DNA from: an uncultured Fibrobacterota bacterium
GTDB lineage: Bacteria; Fibrobacterota; Chitinivibrionia; Chitinivibrionales; FEN-1185
Assembly (NCBI GenBank): GCA_963753345.1
Contig: CAVWBU010000019.1
Span: forward strand, 86,645-150,644
Length of the DNA: 64,000 nt
Reading direction: 5' to 3'
Shown: positions 55,968 through 64,000 of the stretch, piece after piece
Numbering within the stretch: the first letter of the stretch is position 1
How the letters are laid out: every line of letters begins with the position of its first letter
Made by a program: the position numbers and the translations under genes
The notes under the pieces: generated by a model
The model's database searches: none
What the model saw: the letters and a program-made list of their open reading frames with translations, nothing else
Told to the model about the DNA's origin: nothing

Positions 55968-56768
55968 CTATCCTGCCGACGGAAAACCCCGTTGCCTTGC
56001 GCATTCGTAAAGGATGATCGCCGCCGCCGCCGACACGTTGAGCGAATTTGCCGCGGCGGCGATGGGGATGCCCGCAACGTGCGTGCACTGTTTCGCAAGA
56101 TACGGCGGGATGCCGCGGTGCTCGCCGCCGGTGATGATGATCGCCGGCCGCCTGAAATCGAGGTCCTGCGGTCGTTTGTCGGCTCCGCGCACGGCGCCCA
56201 CCACCATAAAATTGCGCGACGCCAGGGTCGCGACCAGTCCTTCCAGGTTCTTCGGCTTTACAAGAGAGATTCTCTCAAGCATGCCGGCCGACGCCTTTGC
56301 CGCAACGGCGCCCACGGGCGCCGTGTTCTTCCGCTCGAGCAGCACGGCGTCAACGTCGAACGCCACGCACGTGCGGATGAGCGCGCCCAGGTTGCGGGGG
56401 TCCTCCACCGAGGCGGGAAGCAACAGGAGCGGAAGTGCTGTTTTTTCGGAAAGCTGCCGCAGAAGCTCCTCGGCGCTGGTGTATTCCTTGGCGCTGCACA
56501 GCGCCAGCGCGCCCTGATGGTTTGCGCCCCTGCACACCTCGTCGAGTTTCACGGCGGGAACCATCTGGTAGGGAAGGCGCTGCTTTCTCGCCAGTTTGAC
56601 AAGTTCAAACAGGGATGCGCCGGGCCGGTCTTTGTCAAAATATAGGCGGTCTATCCGCCGTAGTCCCGATAGGATGAGTTCCTCAACCGGGTGAATGCCG
56701 AAGACAACGGACGAAGCGTCCGGCATCAAGGGGGGCGCGCCCCGGCGGGAAGGTAAATAGGTGTTCAT
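55968..56768 (-). CDS. rlmB: SpoU/TrmH-family 23S rRNA 2'-O-methyltransferase (RlmB-like)
   Basis: VFGIHPVEELI, LLLPASVEDPRNLGALIRT, IIITGGEHRGI, NSLNVSAAAAIILYE. Confidence 0.8.
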   Translation of the reverse strand: MNTYLPSRRGAPPLMPDASSVVFGIHPVEELILSGLRRIDRLYFDKDRPGASLFELVKLARKQRLPYQMVPAVKLDEVCRGANHQGALALCSAKEYTSAEELLRQLSEKTALPLLLLPASVEDPRNLGALIRTCVAFDVDAVLLERKNTAPVGAVAAKASAGMLERISLVKPKNLEGLVATLASRNFMVVGAVRGADKRPQDLDFRRPAIIITGGEHRGIPPYLAKQCTHVAGIPIAAAANSLNVSAAAAIILYECARQRGFPSAG

Positions 56769-56878
56769 AGCCGCAACCTAATATATTTTATGACCTGTCT
56801 TGAGGATACGATATCGGCCGCAGCCGGCGGCAACGCGGCAGGCGCCGGCAACGGTTTTACAAAGGAAAGGGGTACAGT

Positions 56879-57088
56879 ATGGGTACCATGAGCCCGTTCC
56901 ACTGGGCAATAGTTCTGCTGGTCATCGTGCTGCTTTTCGGGGCCAAGAAGATCCCCGATCTGGCAAAAGGCCTCGGGCAAGGGATCAGAGAGTTCAAAAA
57001 AGCGTCAAACGAAGCGGCAAACGAAATGAAAGAGGCGGAAAAGCCGGATGCTAGCAAGCCTGCTGCGGAAGTTAAGAAGGAAGGGTAA
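56879..57088 (+). CDS. tatA: twin-arginine translocase subunit TatA/E
   Basis: [41 protein letters not shown]. Confidence 0.85.
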   Translation: MGTMSPFHWAIVLLVIVLLFGAKKIPDLAKGLGQGIREFKKASNEAANEMKEAEKPDASKPAAEVKKEG

Positions 57089-57110
57089 ATCCGACGATGC
57101 CCGCGAGGGC

Positions 57111-57815
57111 ATGAATTTCCTCGACCACCTTGAAGAACTCCGGGGCCGGCTCATAAGAAGTATCGTAGCCGTTTTCATATTTGCCGTGCCGTGCTTCATC
57201 CTGTGGCGCAGGATCCTTACGTTGTTGATGGTCTATCCCCTCCGATTTGCAAACCCGAAACCCCACATCATCTTCACCGCTCCGGCCGAGGCGGTCATGC
57301 TCAGCATGAAGATCGCGCTCGTGGGCGGCCTTGTCGTGTCGATCCCGTATGTGTTCTACCAGATCTGGGCGTTTGTTTCGCCCGGGCTGTACGGCAAGGA
57401 AAAGAAGGTGGTGCTGCCCGTCGTCATTTCGTCTTCGTTTTCCTTTTTCCTCGGGCTCACATTCGCCTACCTGGCCATTCCGCTCCTGCTCAAGGTGCTC
57501 ACCAGGTTCGGCGCCGGCATCATCGAGCCGTATTTCAAGGCAAGCGAATACATCTCCTTTCTTATCAAGATGGGACTCGCGTGCGGCATCATCTTCGAGA
57601 TGCCCGTGGTCTCGTGGTTCCTCACGCGGATAGGCCTCCTCACCCCGAAATTCCTGGTTAGCAAGCTGCGCCACGCCATCGTCATCATCTTCATCGTCGC
57701 CGCGGTCATCACCCCGCCCGACGTGCTGTCGCAGTTTTTTCTCGCCGTGCCGCTGCTTGTTATCTACGGCGTGAGCATCCTCGTATCGTACCTGACGTGG
57801 GAGCGCCCCAAATGA
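57111..57815 (+). CDS. tatC: twin-arginine translocase subunit TatC
   Basis: The ATG at 57111 gives MNFLDHLEELRGRLIRS. Six hydrophobic helices. Confidence 0.9.
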   Translation: MNFLDHLEELRGRLIRSIVAVFIFAVPCFILWRRILTLLMVYPLRFANPKPHIIFTAPAEAVMLSMKIALVGGLVVSIPYVFYQIWAFVSPGLYGKEKKVVLPVVISSSFSFFLGLTFAYLAIPLLLKVLTRFGAGIIEPYFKASEYISFLIKMGLACGIIFEMPVVSWFLTRIGLLTPKFLVSKLRHAIVIIFIVAAVITPPDVLSQFFLAVPLLVIYGVSILVSYLTWERPK

Positions 57816-58645
57816 ACATGGGACTTGACTTTTCGGAAATTCTCGTCATCATGGTCCTCATCCTGATCTTCTTCGGGTCCAAGGAGATCCCGAACATCGT
57901 GCGGCAGGCCGGAAAGTTCGTGGGCCAGATCCGCCTGTATACCGAAAAGGTGCGACGGGAAATCAACGAGATAAGCAACCTCAACCAGCCCATGCCGACC
58001 CACGACCAGGAAGTGCAGAAGAAAAAGGAGACCATACGCGAGACCTATATCGCGCGGCGCACAACGCTGTCCGCCGAGGAGCGTGCGGCCAAGTCGGCAA
58101 CGATCTGGGAAAACCTGAAAAAGGAGCCCGGCTTTGCAAAGGCGAAATCGGTGCTGGTGTACGTGGAGGCCGGGGCCGAGGTCGCCCTGAGGCCCGCTAT
58201 CCGGGAAATGTTCGCTTCCGGAAAGCGCGTGCTCCTGCCATACACCAACGAAGATTCCACCATGGGTGTGGGCGAGATCGCCAACCTCGAAAAAGATATT
58301 ACCCTCACCGGCATGGGCGTGTACGAGCCGGTGCGCGAAACGTGGAACAATTTTTTCAAGACCGACATCCAGTTCGTGATATGCCCCGGCGTGGCGTTCG
58401 ACGTCCATGGCGGCAGGCTCGGCAGGGGCCGGGGCTGCTACGACCGGTTCTGCAAGGAATTCAAGGGCAGGGTCCCGGTGTACGGCGTAGCTTTTGACTG
58501 CCAGATTATGGGACCCGACGAACGCCTGCCGTTCGCCTACCACGATATTGTTATGGACCAGGTGATCACCGAAAACGGCATTCTCATCGCGCCCCCGCAG
58601 GAGCCCGCGCCTCCGGTGGCCCCTCCGCTGCAGCCCGCGGGATAG
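57812..58645 (+). CDS. TatA/B-like N-terminal helix fused in frame to 5-formyltetrahydrofolate cyclo-ligase
   Basis: The ATG overlaps the tatC stop (ATGA). Residues ~3-55 are GLDFSEILVIMVLILIFFGSKEIPNIVRQAGKFVGQIRLYTEKVRREINE (TatA/B pattern). The remainder is IRETYIARRTTLSAEER...SVLVYVEAGAEV...GKRVLLPYT...YEP...FVICPGVAFDVHGGRLGRGRGCYDRF (5-FCL/MTHFS pattern). Confidence 0.75.
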   Translation: MNMGLDFSEILVIMVLILIFFGSKEIPNIVRQAGKFVGQIRLYTEKVRREINEISNLNQPMPTHDQEVQKKKETIRETYIARRTTLSAEERAAKSATIWENLKKEPGFAKAKSVLVYVEAGAEVALRPAIREMFASGKRVLLPYTNEDSTMGVGEIANLEKDITLTGMGVYEPVRETWNNFFKTDIQFVICPGVAFDVHGGRLGRGRGCYDRFCKEFKGRVPVYGVAFDCQIMGPDERLPFAYHDIVMDQVITENGILIAPPQEPAPPVAPPLQPAG

Positions 58646-58683
58646 CGCAGGTTTGTCCACACTCAGTCCCTGCGGGAACCGAT

Positions 58684-59511
58684 ATGCTTCTGTCAATAAT
58701 TACCGCCGCCATTCTCCTCTTTCTCGCTCTGGCGTCTGTGCTGCTGTTCGCCCCGATCGCCGTCGTTGGATCCGGAACCTTCGCGGCGGGCGAAGCCGGA
58801 GGCCATGTGCGGCTCTCCTGGCTTCACCCGGGAGTGGTGCGATGCATTCTTGACATCCGCAAAGGCACGCCGGAGGTGTTTGCGTTCGGACTGCGGGTTT
58901 ACGCAAAGGAAAAGCTCTACGACAAGGGGGAAGGCCCGGCCGCCGAAGAGGAAAAGAAAAATGCGGCCGCAGATTCCGTGGAATCCTCCGCCGCGGCGCG
59001 CAGCGGTGAGCCGGGCCCGCAGGTTTCCAAAGAAGAAAAGACCGCGCCGGAAAAATCAGGGGTGGAACCTCGTGGAAAGAAAACCGCGCCGTGGATAGTG
59101 CGCGCAAAGCGCGTACAACAGGTCTGGGTATTTGCCGGCGACGCTTGCTTCCGCGAAAAAGTTCTGCGCTGGGTGCTGAGGATGCTCAGGTTGCTCCTCC
59201 ACACCTGCTCGATTGCGCGGGTGCGCGTTGCTGCAAAGGCGGGATTTGACGATCCTGCAAAGACCGGGCTGCTGTACGGATGGTATATGGGGGTCACGCG
59301 CATGCTTTCGGCTCCGGGACCGCAACGCGTGGACATTCGGTGCGAGCCGGTGTTCACGGAAGCGACGCTCACAGCGAACGCCGAGGCAACGCTGGCAACG
59401 TCGGTCGCGCGGCTGCTGGTTCCGTTTGTGGCGGCATTGGCCACGTTTCCGTACCTGCACGCGTATGTCCTGTACCGGCGCGCGCGCCGGTACAGGTTCC
59501 GATCGTGTTGA
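58684..59511 (+). CDS. membrane-anchored hypothetical protein (possibly DUF2953-like)
   Basis: 275 aa. N-terminal TM LLSIITAAILLFLALASVLLFAPIAVV, a charged Glu/Lys/Ala linker, and a C-terminal hydrophobic region. The family guess is weak. Confidence 0.45.
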   Translation: MLLSIITAAILLFLALASVLLFAPIAVVGSGTFAAGEAGGHVRLSWLHPGVVRCILDIRKGTPEVFAFGLRVYAKEKLYDKGEGPAAEEEKKNAAADSVESSAAARSGEPGPQVSKEEKTAPEKSGVEPRGKKTAPWIVRAKRVQQVWVFAGDACFREKVLRWVLRMLRLLLHTCSIARVRVAAKAGFDDPAKTGLLYGWYMGVTRMLSAPGPQRVDIRCEPVFTEATLTANAEATLATSVARLLVPFVAALATFPYLHAYVLYRRARRYRFRSC

Positions 59512-59537
59512 CAGACGATATCATTGACGACAACAAT

Positions 59538-59723
59538 ATGTATCAGAACAATTCGAACCCGTACCAGTTCGGGACCTACCGTCTTATGAAGGACTTCACT
59601 TTGGATGGCGGGTTCAACATCCGGGCGGGTTCGCTCACCGGCAACAACAGCGGCACGACCGTCACGCTCACCTGGGACGCGGCCGCCGCGCAGAACCCTC
59701 CCGAGGCGGACTGGCCGCATTGA
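59538..59723 (+). CDS. possible small ORF (61 aa from the ATG; could start at GTG 59505 / TTG 59508, overlapping the upstream stop)
   Basis: MYQNNSNPYQFGTYRLMKDFTLDGGFNIRAGSLTGNNSGTTVTLTWDAAAAQNPPEADWPH. The composition is protein-like, unlike typical GC shadow frames. No family recognised. Confidence 0.3.
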   Translation: MYQNNSNPYQFGTYRLMKDFTLDGGFNIRAGSLTGNNSGTTVTLTWDAAAAQNPPEADWPH

Positions 59724-59740
59724 CGGAATGCGACAGGGTC

Positions 59741-60940
59741 TTACCACAACGCAAGAATCCTCTTGCTTCCGGCCAGGGCCCCGTCTTTGCCGTAGAGCGC
59801 GACGAAATACACGCCCCGCGAAAGCGTAAGCCTGTTTGAAATCGCCCGGCTCACCTCTTCCATGGAGGTGGCGACGCCGGAGCGTACTGTTCTCCCGTTG
59901 GGCGAGAAAAGAGTATACCGTATGAACTTCTCGTTCTGCAAGCGCATCACCGGGGTGAACTGCGACGCGGCCGACAGGCCCACTTCTCCCTCGCACCCAT
60001 TCTCGCACGGGCACCACGTGATGTCGAGTTCGCCATGGCCGCAACTATTCGGGCATGCCTGGAAACCGCTTTGGTTCTGATGATCGTCGTTGGCAAAAGC
60101 GTAAACCTGGGAGTTCATGGTTTTGTGGATCCATTTAGCATAGATGTTGTAGGGATTTACCCAATTGCCGAGGGAATCTTGTTCCGGCTTTTTCCAGTAA
60201 TCGGCAGAATCCGCGTCCTGGTAAAATGTTCCCCTTTGCCATGCGGCAATCGAATCGAATAGTGACTGGGGTGAACCGGGATTGAGCGAACCGCCGTATA
60301 CTTCAGTACCGTGGTGGTGGTGGCCCAGCCACATCTTGTTGCAGTATATATTTCCGGTATCGTATCCAGGTTGGACGCAGTAGTCGTAGGAACCAAGGCA
60401 TATGCCTATTCCCAAGGTGGTATCAAAGAAGTTGAGCTGTGTGGGACACCCGTGCAGAAGTTGGTACTTCCACTCGGCAAAGGTGACCGGCACAATTGTC
60501 GGGATACAACTTGAGCAACCTCCCACGACTTTAACCGGCAGCGTGGCATAGTCGACAAAGGAGATGTTGTAGTTCTGAACACCGGTGGGCCCGCCGCTCA
60601 CGGTCATTTCCACAAATCCATTTTCGGGTATGAGTGGTGCACCTTGACTGGTCTTGGCACCCGGATCATGATAATAGGCCCAGCACCTTCCGGACCCGAA
60701 ATTCGGCACGGAATCGTACACCAGAGTGTCGTTGGGGAGCAATTTCTGAGCCGCTGCGCCGTTGATGGGCGCGGTATACGGCGTTTCGGTAAAATGGATC
60801 CACAGCGTAATAGGGCAATCGTTGGCTATCACCAGCTTCTGGGTCCCGCCTGCGGCCCAAACGGATCCCGAGAGGGCAAACACAGACAGTGCAGCGAGCG
60901 CCAAAAACCATTTGTGAGCGATGCGCCTCGAAATTCTCAT
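59741..60940 (-). CDS. secreted thaumatin-like (TLP/GH64-superfamily-like) protein with T9SS-type C-terminal domain
   Basis: GGAGG precedes the ATG at 60940. Signal peptide ...ALSVFALSGSVWA. KLVIANDCPITLWIHF, GSGRCWAYY, NYNISFVDYATLPVKV and QVYAFANDDHQNQSGFQAC parallel the thaumatin motifs NxCxxTVW, GRxWAR, YDVSLVDGFNxP and YSYAYDDxxSTFTC. The tail is FIRYTLFSPNGRTV...GVYFVALYGKDGALAGSKRILALW. Confidence 0.65.
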   Translation of the reverse strand: MRISRRIAHKWFLALAALSVFALSGSVWAAGGTQKLVIANDCPITLWIHFTETPYTAPINGAAAQKLLPNDTLVYDSVPNFGSGRCWAYYHDPGAKTSQGAPLIPENGFVEMTVSGGPTGVQNYNISFVDYATLPVKVVGGCSSCIPTIVPVTFAEWKYQLLHGCPTQLNFFDTTLGIGICLGSYDYCVQPGYDTGNIYCNKMWLGHHHHGTEVYGGSLNPGSPQSLFDSIAAWQRGTFYQDADSADYWKKPEQDSLGNWVNPYNIYAKWIHKTMNSQVYAFANDDHQNQSGFQACPNSCGHGELDITWCPCENGCEGEVGLSAASQFTPVMRLQNEKFIRYTLFSPNGRTVRSGVATSMEEVSRAISNRLTLSRGVYFVALYGKDGALAGSKRILALW

Positions 60941-61296
60941 AAAGCCTCCAAATCTATTGGTTAAAAACAGGAAATTCTTCAAGAAAGCAGGTGATTGACC
61001 GACGGATTTGCCGGCTCGTGCCGAATCGCGTGCACGAAAGCACGTTTACGTTCGCGAAAAAGGTCATCGTTTACGAGACTGGTTGTATAAGGTTCTCAGG
61101 TAATAACATAAACACGTGTGGCCGGCCTTGGCGGAAAATGATAGCCGGAAGGCCATTATCCGTTACACGAACGTGTAACGGAATTTCCCGTGTACCGGAG
61201 GATTTTGAATCGTGACCGGGTCTATTCCATTATGTTATACCAATAGAATATTGAACAGGGTATTGCAGCTGTCACCAATTGAGGGAGGCAACAATC

Positions 61297-62957
61297 ATGT
61301 CCATCAAGTTAATCGCTCTGTCGAGCCTGTTGATCACGGCTTGCTCTTAATCCCAAGGCAACCCGCCGCGCAAACGATACCGCAGCCGGGCGAGAGTTTT
61401 TCCTCAATCACCGATAACGGCTGCTGGACCTGGTACGGAAACCCCAAGGCCGTTTACTATGCGGGAGTTTACAAACGCACCTATGTCGCCTGGACCTCCA
61501 ATACGACAAACCAGTACCTCGGCTATTACGATCACGACACTAAAACCACGAGCCAGGTGCTGCTGCCGTGGCATTACCCGGCCGATGATCATAACCATCC
61601 CTGCGTTATTGTAAGGCCTGACGGCCGTGTCATGACATTCCAGTCAGGTCACGACGGCACCCAGGTCAGCGAATGTATTTCCAAACAGCCTGAAGACATT
61701 TCCGCTCTTGACACGTTTACGGTAAAAATTCTGGCCTGGGCCTGCTACCCAAGCATTTGTTTCCTCAAGAATGAAGGCACCATCGGGCGTTACTACCTTT
61801 TCTTCCGCGACCAGAACCAGGAGCCCTGGTTCCGAACCAGCGACGACTGGGGAAAAACATGGGGTACCGAAATGCACTTGTACACAAACAACCCGGCCGG
61901 GTATAAGCCCTATTTCACCTGCGCTTCAAACGGCATTGACGAAATCCATATCGACATTGAGCGGGAAAACCGCGCCATCGGCGGCACGGTTCCCACCTAC
62001 TACATGAAATACAAGAACGGCTCGTTTTACCAGGCAAGCGGAAAGCTTATCGCCACCATGGCGCAATTGCCTATTGTGAACACCGTGCTCGACACCGTGA
62101 TATATCCCGGCGCCTACGGCGCGGGCGGCACGGTGTGGGACATTGCTTACGACAAAAACGACAATCCCGTTATTCTCTACGACATGTTCTTCAGCAATAA
62201 CGCGATTCACGTGTACTGGTACCTGCGGTGGACCGGAAGCTATTGGTACAAGCGGCCGCTTGTCAACAGCGGCGCCAACGATGGCGTTTCGGGGCAGCAA
62301 TTCTGCGGCGGTATGACTTTCGACCACGAAAACCCGAATGTTATTTACCTGTCGCGCCAAGCCGTGAAATCCAGCGCAACCCCGTTTAATCTTGCGGACA
62401 CCAGCTTTGCAAATTATAAAAAGATCTCTACCGCCGATTTTGTTACCGTTAACCCCAACTTCGAAATTGACAAGTGGACCACGGCCGACAACGGCCTCAC
62501 CTGGGACTCGGTGGCCATCACGCGCGGATCGGCCGCAAAGAATGTCCGTCCGTGCGTGCCGCGTGACCACATAGACGGCATGAACATCAATCTTGTCTGG
62601 CTCGACGGCACCATAACGAGCATGAGCGGCGACGGCTACAGCATGTCGGTAAGAATGTACCCCACCGACAAGGCGGTTCCCGTGATTTCGAATCCTCGAA
62701 AGAGTACGGCGGGCGAGGCGGTTAGGGTTTCGAGATCACGCATCGTATTCTCTCTTGCAAAGCCGGAGCTTTCGTCGCTCAGGATATATTCGCTCGACGG
62801 CGCGCTGGTCGCCGATTTTTCGGGCGATCTCAGGCGCATGAGCGCGGGGCAGGCGGCTTTTCCCCTGGAGCGAATTCCCGCCCGGGGAGGGGCGTACGCC
62901 GTTGTTCTTAACAACGGAGAAAGCCTGCAAAAGACGAGCATCGTTCTCACACGATGA
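61297..62957 (+). pseudogene. BNR_4-type (sialidase-fold) secreted protein with T9SS-type tail; the signal peptide is in a different frame
   Basis: GAGGGAGG precedes the ATG at 61297, giving MSIKLIALSSLLITACS followed by TAA at 61348-61350 (frame 1). The mature protein continues in frame 0 (...LLIPRQPAAQTIPQPGESFSSITDNGCWTWYGNPKAVYY...HNHPCVIVRPDGRVMTFQSGHDG...). Asp-boxes SDDWGKTW and ADNGLTW. The tail is LRIYSLDGALVADF...GAYAVVLNNGESLQKTSIVLTR. Confidence 0.7.
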
Positions 62958-63106
62958 CGGTTCGCACAGGACCTGTCTTGAAAGAAAAAATCGGTGGATA
63001 TAATCGGGATATTCCGTCGAGCAGCGACAAACGGATCATAACAACTGTTACCTGGACAAATGCGATTTTTAGCGATCAACCGGACTCGTCATACGAGGAG
63101 GCCGAA

Positions 63107-63513
63107 ATGATTGCCGGAAAAGCTGCATGTTTCTTCGGCTTTGTCTGTTGCGCCGCGGGCCTGACTAATGCCCAGGTGGTGGAAAAGCTCAGCGCGACTT
63201 TCGCGTTCCCCACCGTACTGACCTCGGCACACGGCGTTGCTGCCAATCAAAAAGCGGTTTCGTTCTTCCGCATGGCCGGGCACTCCGTTCAACAGGGGAA
63301 AATAACCTTGGAATGGAACATTGCAGGGGCGGCGACCGAAGGGACCATCTCGATCTTATTCGATATCCGGAGCACTCGTCAAGAAGGTGGCGCTTTCCGC
63401 ACGGAACGGCACAACGCACGATTGATCTCGAAAAGGCCGCAGCCGGAGTTTACTTCGCATCGATCTCTTTCGGTTCCTACCGGCAGAATCTCAAACTTGC
63501 CCTTTACCGATAA
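63107..63513 (+). pseudogene. mini-protein consisting of a signal peptide plus a T9SS-type sorting domain, with two frameshifts
   Basis: GAGGAGG precedes the ATG at 63107. MIAGKAACFFGFVCCAAGLTNAQ...GKITLEWNIAGAATEGTISILFDI (frame 2), GALVKKVALSARNGTTHD (frame 0), TIDLEKAAAGVYFASISFGSYRQNLKLALYR (frame 1, stop at 63513). Confidence 0.45.
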
Positions 63514-63525
63514 GAGGAGACAGCC

Positions 63526-64000
63526 ATGCTGAAAAAAATCGCAATGATCCAACTCGCGTGCACCGCCCTGCTTTTCGGCCAGCCGACGGCTGTTGACACT
63601 CTCACGGCCATCGACACTGTCCAAGTGCCATTGGTTTTTCTCAAGCTCACCGATAATTCCGGCGGCGTCTTCAAATACAGAGGCAAGGTGAGCTACAGGA
63701 TCATAGGTTGGGCGTACGACCGGTTCAACGTATCGATGTCCATTGTCAAGGACGGCACCGGGGATGTGGTGCCGCTCACCATGACAAAAGGCGACGTCGG
63801 CGCAGTGAACTGGCCCGGCACCAGAAGCATCCACTTTACCTGTCAGTTTAACGGTACTCCCACCGGCACCTATAAGGCGAAGATTTCCCTGGTTCCCAGC
63901 AGGAGCGATACTGCGCAGTTCATCGAAAATCTCATCCACACAATGTCCAACAACGACAAACAGACGATCATCAACGGCGGGAGCGCGGGCGTGGTTCCCG
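63526..64000 (+). CDS. secreted protein, unknown function; 3' end runs off the window
   Basis: AAGAGGAGA precedes the ATG at 63526. MLKKIAMIQLACTALLFGQPTAVD signal-like N-terminus. Open to base 64000. Absent from the ORF track, presumably because it has no stop in the window. Confidence 0.5.
   Translation, partial: MLKKIAMIQLACTALLFGQPTAVDTLTAIDTVQVPLVFLKLTDNSGGVFKYRGKVSYRIIGWAYDRFNVSMSIVKDGTGDVVPLTMTKGDVGAVNWPGTRSIHFTCQFNGTPTGTYKAKISLVPSRSDTAQFIENLIHTMSNNDKQTIINGGSAGVVP

Noticed and set aside
63379-63939. 186-aa minus-strand ORF at the right end of the window.
   Set aside because: It overlaps a plus-strand ORF that has AAGAGGAGA + ATG and a signal-peptide-like N-terminus and is open to the window edge. 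The minus ORF has neither.

Overview
GC-rich bacterial chromosomal fragment with about 65 protein-coding genes. Hand-counted 60-nt samples give 40/60 G+C in purL and 43/60 in priA. I recognised no rRNA, tRNA, CRISPR array, transposase or integrase. Housekeeping content: a 5'-truncated CHASE2 adenylate cyclase, thyX, ahcY, a phosphofructokinase, a GT9-like glycosyltransferase, an ECF-type sigma factor, metY-cysK and a metC-like gene with an Rrf2 regulator and an HPr-like gene, trxA, tcdA, HU, a LysM lytic transglycosylase, purQ-purL, priA, rlmB and tatA-tatC. Seven secreted proteins end in a T9SS-type C-terminal sorting domain: Kelch, LamG, YWTD propeller, beta-helix, thaumatin-like, BNR_4 and one cargo-less mini-protein. 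This suggests an FCB-superphylum-like host (inference only). Three things stand out. (1) At 18.0-28.0 kb, 17 co-directional, mostly abutting minus-strand genes of lower G+C combine two CVC-type arsR genes, arsC, acr3, an ArsP-like permease, two CcdA/DsbD-like membrane proteins, several CxxC/thioredoxin-like proteins and a CFeSP-type Fe-S protein. The mercury-methylation pair hgcA-hgcB sits at the distal end, and hgcA is interrupted by a +1 frame break between its corrinoid and membrane domains. (2) Most long intergenic regions carry structured GC-rich repeats. One is a ~170-200 bp element with conserved ends (GCGCGTTAGG ... GGGGAACGCCCA) in at least seven copies. There is also a second ~140-180 bp family and GTTGA-rich short tandem repeats. 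These are often joined into ~440 bp composite units. (3) Six accessory or secreted genes carry frameshifts or a nonsense codon, while all long housekeeping genes are intact. All family names come from motif recognition by eye, not from database searches.
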